DNA of 64,000 bases, taken from the NCBI GenBank assembly GCA_040218735.1, contig JAVJQW010000008.1, forward strand, positions 1 through 64,000. Direction: 5' to 3'. Shown in pieces: positions 58,529 to 64,000 of the stretch. How positions within the stretch are numbered: the stretch's first letter is position 1; each line of letters starts with the position of its first letter. Below the pieces are notes generated by a model. That model made no database searches. It worked only from the letters and a program-made list of their open reading frames with translations, and was not told the origin of the DNA. Origin of the DNA: Deltaproteobacteria bacterium (GTDB lineage: Bacteria; Myxococcota; Kuafuiibacteriia; Kuafuiibacteriales; Kuafuiibacteriaceae). The position numbers were made by a program, and so were the translations under genes.

Positions 58529-61500
58529 TCAGGGGAGGCACGCGACCGTGTAGGTCACGGTGATCACCGCGCCCGCCGGCGGGACCGCCGCGGCGCTGAA
58601 GATGATCGTGTTCGTCGTGTTGTCGTACTGCCAGTTCTGCTGGCCGCCCGCCGTCGTCATCGGGATCGCGTTGCCGTCGACGGTCACCGCCAACGTCACC
58701 GGGACCGGCGTCGACGACAGCGAGAACTGCCGGCGCAGACCGAACGAGTTCAGACCGATGTTCGACAGCGTCTGACCCCAGTTCGCCGCGCAGATCGACT
58801 CGACGACGCCACCGGTGTTGTTCGCCACGTTGATGTACCGCGGCGCGTACTCCGCGTTGCCACCCGGGCCGTTACACGACGGCGACTGCGTACCGACCAC
58901 CGAGCTCGCCGAGAACATCGCCGTGTTCGAGAAGCCCTTGATGTTGCGGAGGAAGTCCTCGTAGAACGCCTGCGTTCGCGACGACTGGTCGCGCTCGTCG
59001 CTCACGAAGATGACCGCGAGCGCCGCGTCGGTCCGCAAGAAACCCGCGTTCGCCGTGTTGATCAGCGGGTCGGACAGCGCGAGGTACGCCGCCTCCAGGC
59101 CGCGCTCCGTGCCGGAGCCGCTCGTCCCGAGCGACGTGTTCTGCTGGAACACCGTGTTTGCGTTCGGCGTCGACGGCGTGATGATCCGCGTCGACCCGAC
59201 GAAGGTCCCCGCCTCACCGCTCGACGTCACGTCCGTGGTCGTGACCGCGATCTGGTAGTCGATCATCTGCTGCTGCGCGAACGACAGGAACGCGCCGAGG
59301 TTCGAACCGAGGCTCGCCTGCTCCTGAGACATCGAGCAGCTGTTGTCGACAACGAACAGCACGTCGGCGCGCGGCGTCGGGAGCTGCTGGAACGTGTCCG
59401 TCACCGTCGGGTTGATCTGCCCCTCACCCTGCAGCGGCACCGCCGACGGGATCATCGAGTCCGAGTGCGAGATGAACAGCACCCCGGTGTCCGTGCCGAT
59501 GTCGGCCGGGTGGTACCGCAGCTGAATCGTCACCGAGCCACCGGCCGGCAGCTGCGCGGGCGTCGCGAACGGCGTGAGCTCGAACTCCGGCGACGTCGTC
59601 GGGTCGAGGTACACGTTGTTGATCGTGATGACCGAGCTGCCCGTGTTGTAGACCGTCACCGTCCGCACCGGCGAACGACACGTCACCGGCACCACCGCGA
59701 AGTCGATCGACGACGGCACGACGAGCACGTTGCTCTGCTGGCTCCCGCCGCTGACCGGCACCTGCACCGTCGGCTGACTCGGGTCGTCCGCGTCGAACTC
59801 CAGGAGGGTGTTGTGGAAGCCGTAGTCCGTCGGCGCGTAGGAGATCTCGAGCTGGTGCCGCCCACCGGACGCCACCGTGACCTGGCCGCCCTGCGCGCCC
59901 GCGTTCACCGAGAACTCGACCGCACCGCTCAGGCGAATGTTCTGCACGAGGCACGGCATCGCCCCGGCGTTGCGAATCTCGACCGGCAGCGTCGCCGTAC
60001 GACCGCGCTCCACGAGGCCGAACGTCAGCTGCGAAGGCGCGACGTTGATCGAGCACGTCGTCGGCACACCACCGACGCCCATGATCGGCACCGTGAGGTT
60101 CGGCTCGTCGCGATCGTCGGAGATGATCTCGATGTCCGCGCGGTCCGGCCCGGGGTCGATCGGGTTGTACGCGAGCTGCAGCTCCACGGAGCCGCCCGCC
60201 GTGATGGTCGTCGGGAACGCACCCGGCAGCCCGCCGGAGATCGAGATCTCCGACGAGGACGCGTTGATCAGGTTCATCGCGCTCACCGTGAGGGGCGTGT
60301 TGCCGGTGTTCTGGATCGACAGCGTCCGCATCGTGTTGCCCTCGACCGCCACCGTGCCGAAGTTCACGATCGGCGGGAACGCGACCACGTTCGGGCCGTT
60401 CGACGTCGCGGTGAGCGACACGTGACCGGTCGAGTCGCAGACCATCGCGTTCGGATCAGCGCACGCGTTCGTCACGACTTCGATGCGGCCGTTGTCCTCG
60501 CCGGGCGACGTACCGATGTAGCGCACGTCGACCGGGAACTCCTCGTTGGGCGCCAACGTGCGCGGGAGGATCTGCGACGGGATCGCCTCGTACTCCATCG
60601 TCGTCCCGCGCTCGAGCGCGACGCTCATGACCTCGAAGTCGTAGCTACCGATGTTCCGCACCACGAACTGACGTGTGACCGGCACACCCTCTTCCACCGC
60701 GCCGAAGTCGAGCGAAGCGGGGTCGAGCTCGAAGATCGGCTTCACACCCTCGCCGGTCAGCGTGACCGTCTGCTGGCACGTCGGGCAGTAGCTGACGTCC
60801 ATCTGGTTGGTGTGCATCCCCTCCTCGGGGGGCTGGTAGAAGACCTTGATCGTCAGCATCCCGTTGCCGGGGATGCTGCCCATGAAGGGCTGGTCGAACG
60901 GCGTCTCCTGGTTGTCGAGCGTGGTGGTCCCGAAGATCACCGACGTCTGGTTCATCGGCGGGATGGTCACCGGCTGCGCGAACTCGGTGCCGTTCGTCAT
61001 CGTGAGCTGGACTTCCTTGCGCGTGTCGACCGTGACCTGACCGAAGTCGATCGCCGTGGTGGAGAACGACACCTGCGGCGCGATGCCGGTACCGGACAGG
61101 TTCAGCGTCGTCGAGCCGCCCTGCGCGTTGTGCATGATGATCAGCGACGCGTTGAATTCACCCTCCGTCGCCGGCGTGAAGTCGATGCGGAACTCGCGGT
61201 CGCTGCCCTTCTCGACCAACCACGCACCGTTGTCCTCGGCGGGGTTCTCGAACAGCGGCGCGAACGGTGTGCCCTCGGGCTGCACGCGGGACATCTCGGT
61301 GCACGTGGGGAGCGTCGTGCCCTCGATGCAGATGCGCAGCCGATCACTACCGGCGTTCGCGACGCCGACGAAGAGCGTCTTCGTCGCACCGAGCGGCACC
61401 CGCTCGAACGCGACGTCCGTCAGCTCGACACGCATGTCCTCGGGGACCGTCGGATCGTAGAGGCTGATCTGCGGCGCGAGGCGGGTGATGGTGTCGCCAC

Positions 61501-61597
61501 CGCCGCACTCACAACCCGCCACTGCCATGGCGAAGCCCACGCCGAGCGTGAAGGTGAGGTTTCGATAGTTTGCGCGAGCCAGCTGGCGCTTGTTCAT
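58529..61597 (-). CDS. Large surface (lipo)protein with multiple Ig-like choice-of-anchor D repeats and a C-terminal VWA domain
   Basis: VAGCECG lipobox-like; about 6 repeats of DFG.V......N.G...L.....Y.P...G; DVLFVVDNSCSM (MIDAS), ERGLEA, FLR.DA.LAVIFVSDE.DQS. Confidence 0.88.
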   Translation of the reverse strand: MNKRQLARANYRNLTFTLGVGFAMAVAGCECGGGDTITRLAPQISLYDPTVPEDMRVELTDVAFERVPLGATKTLFVGVANAGSDRLRICIEGTTLPTCTEMSRVQPEGTPFAPLFENPAEDNGAWLVEKGSDREFRIDFTPATEGEFNASLIIMHNAQGGSTTLNLSGTGIAPQVSFSTTAIDFGQVTVDTRKEVQLTMTNGTEFAQPVTIPPMNQTSVIFGTTTLDNQETPFDQPFMGSIPGNGMLTIKVFYQPPEEGMHTNQMDVSYCPTCQQTVTLTGEGVKPIFELDPASLDFGAVEEGVPVTRQFVVRNIGSYDFEVMSVALERGTTMEYEAIPSQILPRTLAPNEEFPVDVRYIGTSPGEDNGRIEVVTNACADPNAMVCDSTGHVSLTATSNGPNVVAFPPIVNFGTVAVEGNTMRTLSIQNTGNTPLTVSAMNLINASSSEISISGGLPGAFPTTITAGGSVELQLAYNPIDPGPDRADIEIISDDRDEPNLTVPIMGVGGVPTTCSINVAPSQLTFGLVERGRTATLPVEIRNAGAMPCLVQNIRLSGAVEFSVNAGAQGGQVTVASGGRHQLEISYAPTDYGFHNTLLEFDADDPSQPTVQVPVSGGSQQSNVLVVPSSIDFAVVPVTCRSPVRTVTVYNTGSSVITINNVYLDPTTSPEFELTPFATPAQLPAGGSVTIQLRYHPADIGTDTGVLFISHSDSMIPSAVPLQGEGQINPTVTDTFQQLPTPRADVLFVVDNSCSMSQEQASLGSNLGAFLSFAQQQMIDYQIAVTTTDVTSSGEAGTFVGSTRIITPSTPNANTVFQQNTSLGTSGSGTERGLEAAYLALSDPLINTANAGFLRTDAALAVIFVSDERDQSSRTQAFYEDFLRNIKGFSNTAMFSASSVVGTQSPSCNGPGGNAEYAPRYINVANNTGGVVESICAANWGQTLSNIGLNSFGLRRQFSLSSTPVPVTLAVTVDGNAIPMTTAGGQQNWQYDNTTNTIIFSAAAVPPAGAVITVTYTVACLP

Positions 61598-61763
61598 CTT
61601 CGTCGTTCCCCAAACCCAGTCCGGCACGAGCGCCCCCTCTGGACGCACGGCCACACCCGATCGCCGTTCAGTGTGGGGTCCGACACACGCCGGGCCCATC
61701 CTACCGCTGACGGATGGGGCAGCCGCCTTTGGTTTCGGGAGGTTGCGAAACGAGACGTCCGTC

Positions 61764-62372
61764 TCACAGAGCCGAAAGCGCGCGCTCGGCGCTGGACCGT
61801 TCGTCGGGGGGCAACCGATCCCCCTCCAGCGCCGCCGCGAGCAGGGTCTTCGCCGGCGCGCGCTCGCCGTCGAACTTGTGCTCCATGCCCCGCAGGTACT
61901 TTGCGAGGGCGGCCGTGGCGGCGTCTTCGTGCTTCGTGAGGCCGTCGAGGATCGCGAGGTGTTGCGCCCGCGCCTTCGTCGCCTCCTTCGCGTTCCCGAT
62001 CTGGACGAACGCGCCGTGCAAGAGCCCTGCGGCCTGCGCCACCATCAGGTTCGGCGGCTGCGCGGAGGCGGCCCGCCGCAGCTCGAACACCGCCTGTTGA
62101 TGTTTGCCCTGCGTGAGCAACACCAACCCGAGCGACGTGCGCGCGAGGTGGCTCCACGTCTTCTGCTTCGCCTTCGCCGCGGCACGCAGGTGCACCTCGG
62201 CGCGGTCGAGCTGCTGCAGGTAGAGCGCCGTCAGCCCCAGCTCGTAACGCGCGCGCGCGCCCTCGGGGGTCTCGGGGAACGCCTCCGCGATCGCCAAACG
62301 TGTGGGGATCGGATCTTGGTTCGCCTTCAGGGCGCGGTCGAGGTCGCGGAGGAGCTCCTGCAGGGACGCCAT
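61764..62372 (-). CDS. TPR-like helical repeat protein
   Basis: ARYELG...A...L; A..SLG.VL..QGK..QA..EL repeats. Confidence 0.75.
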   Translation of the reverse strand: MASLQELLRDLDRALKANQDPIPTRLAIAEAFPETPEGARARYELGLTALYLQQLDRAEVHLRAAAKAKQKTWSHLARTSLGLVLLTQGKHQQAVFELRRAASAQPPNLMVAQAAGLLHGAFVQIGNAKEATKARAQHLAILDGLTKHEDAATAALAKYLRGMEHKFDGERAPAKTLLAAALEGDRLPPDERSSAERALSAL

Positions 62373-62418
62373 GGACGCCGCACTCGACCAAGTTTTCTCA
62401 GCCGGCGCAAGCTCGTGA

Positions 62419-64000
62419 CTACGGGCGCCCGAGGAGCCGTGAGACCGCGAGGCGCAGGTCGTCCACGGCCGTCGCCGCCGTCAGCAGCTCCACCGAGGGA
62501 TCCGGCGCCAACAGATCCGCCGTCTCCGCGCCGCCCACCAGCACGAAGCGCATGTGGGCCGTGTCCGGGTGCGCGCGACACAGTCGCACCAGCGATGCAC
62601 CGTCACGCCCACTCAGCGCGGCGTCGAGGACGGCGCCGACGTAACCGCGGTGCCGCAGCTTCTCCCACGCCGCGTGACCGTCCGCCGCCTCCTCGACGAC
62701 GTAGCCGTCGAACTCCAGCGCGTGGACGAGCGCGTCCGAGCGCACCGCGCCCGCGAGCAACACCCGCTTCGCGTCGGCGCGCGCCGGTGACAGGTCCAAG
62801 GCGCTGATCGTCTCGCGCAGGTGCTCGACGAACGCAGCGACGACGTCGGACCGCACGAACGGGCTGACCGTGTCCCTGAGCGACAACACCGCGCGACGCG
62901 GAGACACCCGCTCGCGATCCTGACGCGGGCGCGTCGCCGCGTAGAACACCTCGACGACGTGCGCGATCTCCGCGGCGACCGGGAGCGCCCCCGGGACGTC
63001 CTCGCCGGACGCCATCTGCTGAATCGCGCGCAGCACCTTCGCGAGCTCGGCCGGCACCACCGCCGCCATACTCTCTTCGAGCGGATCGACACGCAGACGA
63101 TCCGCGAGGTCGCGCATCGCGGCCGCCATCGACGCGAGGACTTCGGTGGGTTCGTCGGTCTTCAGCCGTCGCGCGACCGCGAGCGCCGCATCGGCCGGCG
63201 AGTCACCGTCGCCGTTCGGCTCGAACGGCTGCGTCATGGTCAGCACGCGCGAGCACATCTCGACGTAGGCCGACGCGATCGACTCCACGGACAACCGCGC
63301 CGCCACCGCACGATCACGATCCGTGGTGCCGCCGGGCTCGAGCCCCTGACTGGAGTCCCCCCGCGGGACGATCGAACCGGAGAGCGCCTCCGCGATCTCG
63401 GCGCACGAATCGAAACGCTCCGACGGATCCTTCGCGAGCATCTTCATGCACATCTGCGAGAGGATCGGGTTGACGTGCGGCTCGACCTCCTCGGGCGGCG
63501 CCGGCACGTGCGTCCGGATGGCGCGGACGAGCTCGTCGTCGTCGAGGCCCTTGAACGGACGCGTCCCGACGAGCATCTGGTACAGCAGCATCCCGAGCGC
63601 GAACTGATCCGACGAAGGCCCATACCCGTTGCCGTCGAGGTACTCGGGCGACAGCGCCATCGCGTTGCTCGCGAGCAGCGGGTGGGGGGCGTCGTCGACG
63701 CCGGCGGCGAGCGAGAGATCCAACAGCCGCACACGACCGTCCGGCGCGACGAGGACGTTCGACGGGCGCACATCGCAGTGCACGATGCCGCGCGCGTGCA
63801 GGTGAGCGAGCCCCTCCGCGACCGCGACGAGCACCCGGCGCACCTCGGACTGCGACATCATCGCGGACGTCCTCAGCCGCTGCGCGAGGGTCTCGCCCTC
63901 GGCGACTTCGTAGACCACGAAGTAGACGGACTCGTCGCGCCCCGCGTCGAACAACGTCGGGAGGTTCGGGTGCGAGACGACCGACGCGAGCCGCGCCTCG
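62419..64000 (-). CDS. Partial Ser/Thr kinase-like protein with C-terminal receiver-like domain
   Basis: Frame is open to the window end (EARLASVVSHPNLPTLFDAG); HCDVRPSN, LLDLS, SPE, SDQFALG; C-terminal LE..GY.V..A.DG..A...VLD..L...DG. Confidence 0.8.
   Translation of the reverse strand, partial: EARLASVVSHPNLPTLFDAGRDESVYFVVYEVAEGETLAQRLRTSAMMSQSEVRRVLVAVAEGLAHLHARGIVHCDVRPSNVLVAPDGRVRLLDLSLAAGVDDAPHPLLASNAMALSPEYLDGNGYGPSSDQFALGMLLYQMLVGTRPFKGLDDDELVRAIRTHVPAPPEEVEPHVNPILSQMCMKMLAKDPSERFDSCAEIAEALSGSIVPRGDSSQGLEPGGTTDRDRAVAARLSVESIASAYVEMCSRVLTMTQPFEPNGDGDSPADAALAVARRLKTDEPTEVLASMAAAMRDLADRLRVDPLEESMAAVVPAELAKVLRAIQQMASGEDVPGALPVAAEIAHVVEVFYAATRPRQDRERVSPRRAVLSLRDTVSPFVRSDVVAAFVEHLRETISALDLSPARADAKRVLLAGAVRSDALVHALEFDGYVVEEAADGHAAWEKLRHRGYVGAVLDAALSGRDGASLVRLCRAHPDTAHMRFVLVGGAETADLLAPDPSVELLTAATAVDDLRLAVSRLLGRP

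Overview
High-GC bacterial chromosomal DNA. MYXO-CTERM, Cys-rich and lipoprotein-rich genes and large Ser/Thr kinases point to Myxococcota or a related deltaproteobacterium (inference). The first ~1.45 kb is the distal end of an integron cassette array. It has three near-identical 62-64 bp attC sites, a partial cassette ORF, a 96-bp gene-less cassette, a TA cassette with a frameshifted ParE toxin, and a nonsense-interrupted membrane-protein cassette. Most of the rest is housekeeping or envelope genes: gcvP, a Grx4-HesB-rhodanese fusion, manA, murI, pilT, a flap endonuclease, an amidase, peptidases, a DUF1501/heme-c cluster, inositol-phosphate synthase, two tandem kinase-ATPase-TPR paralogs and a large Ig-repeat/VWA protein. 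The best candidate for an undescribed system is the two-gene operon at 51736-57906 (-). It pairs an MmeI-like N6-adenine DNA methyltransferase whose N-terminal nuclease motif appears degenerate with a protein built from three Zn-ribbons, an SF2 helicase and a C-terminal Rrp8/nucleomethylin-like methyltransferase. All family calls are by visual motif recognition; no database search was run.
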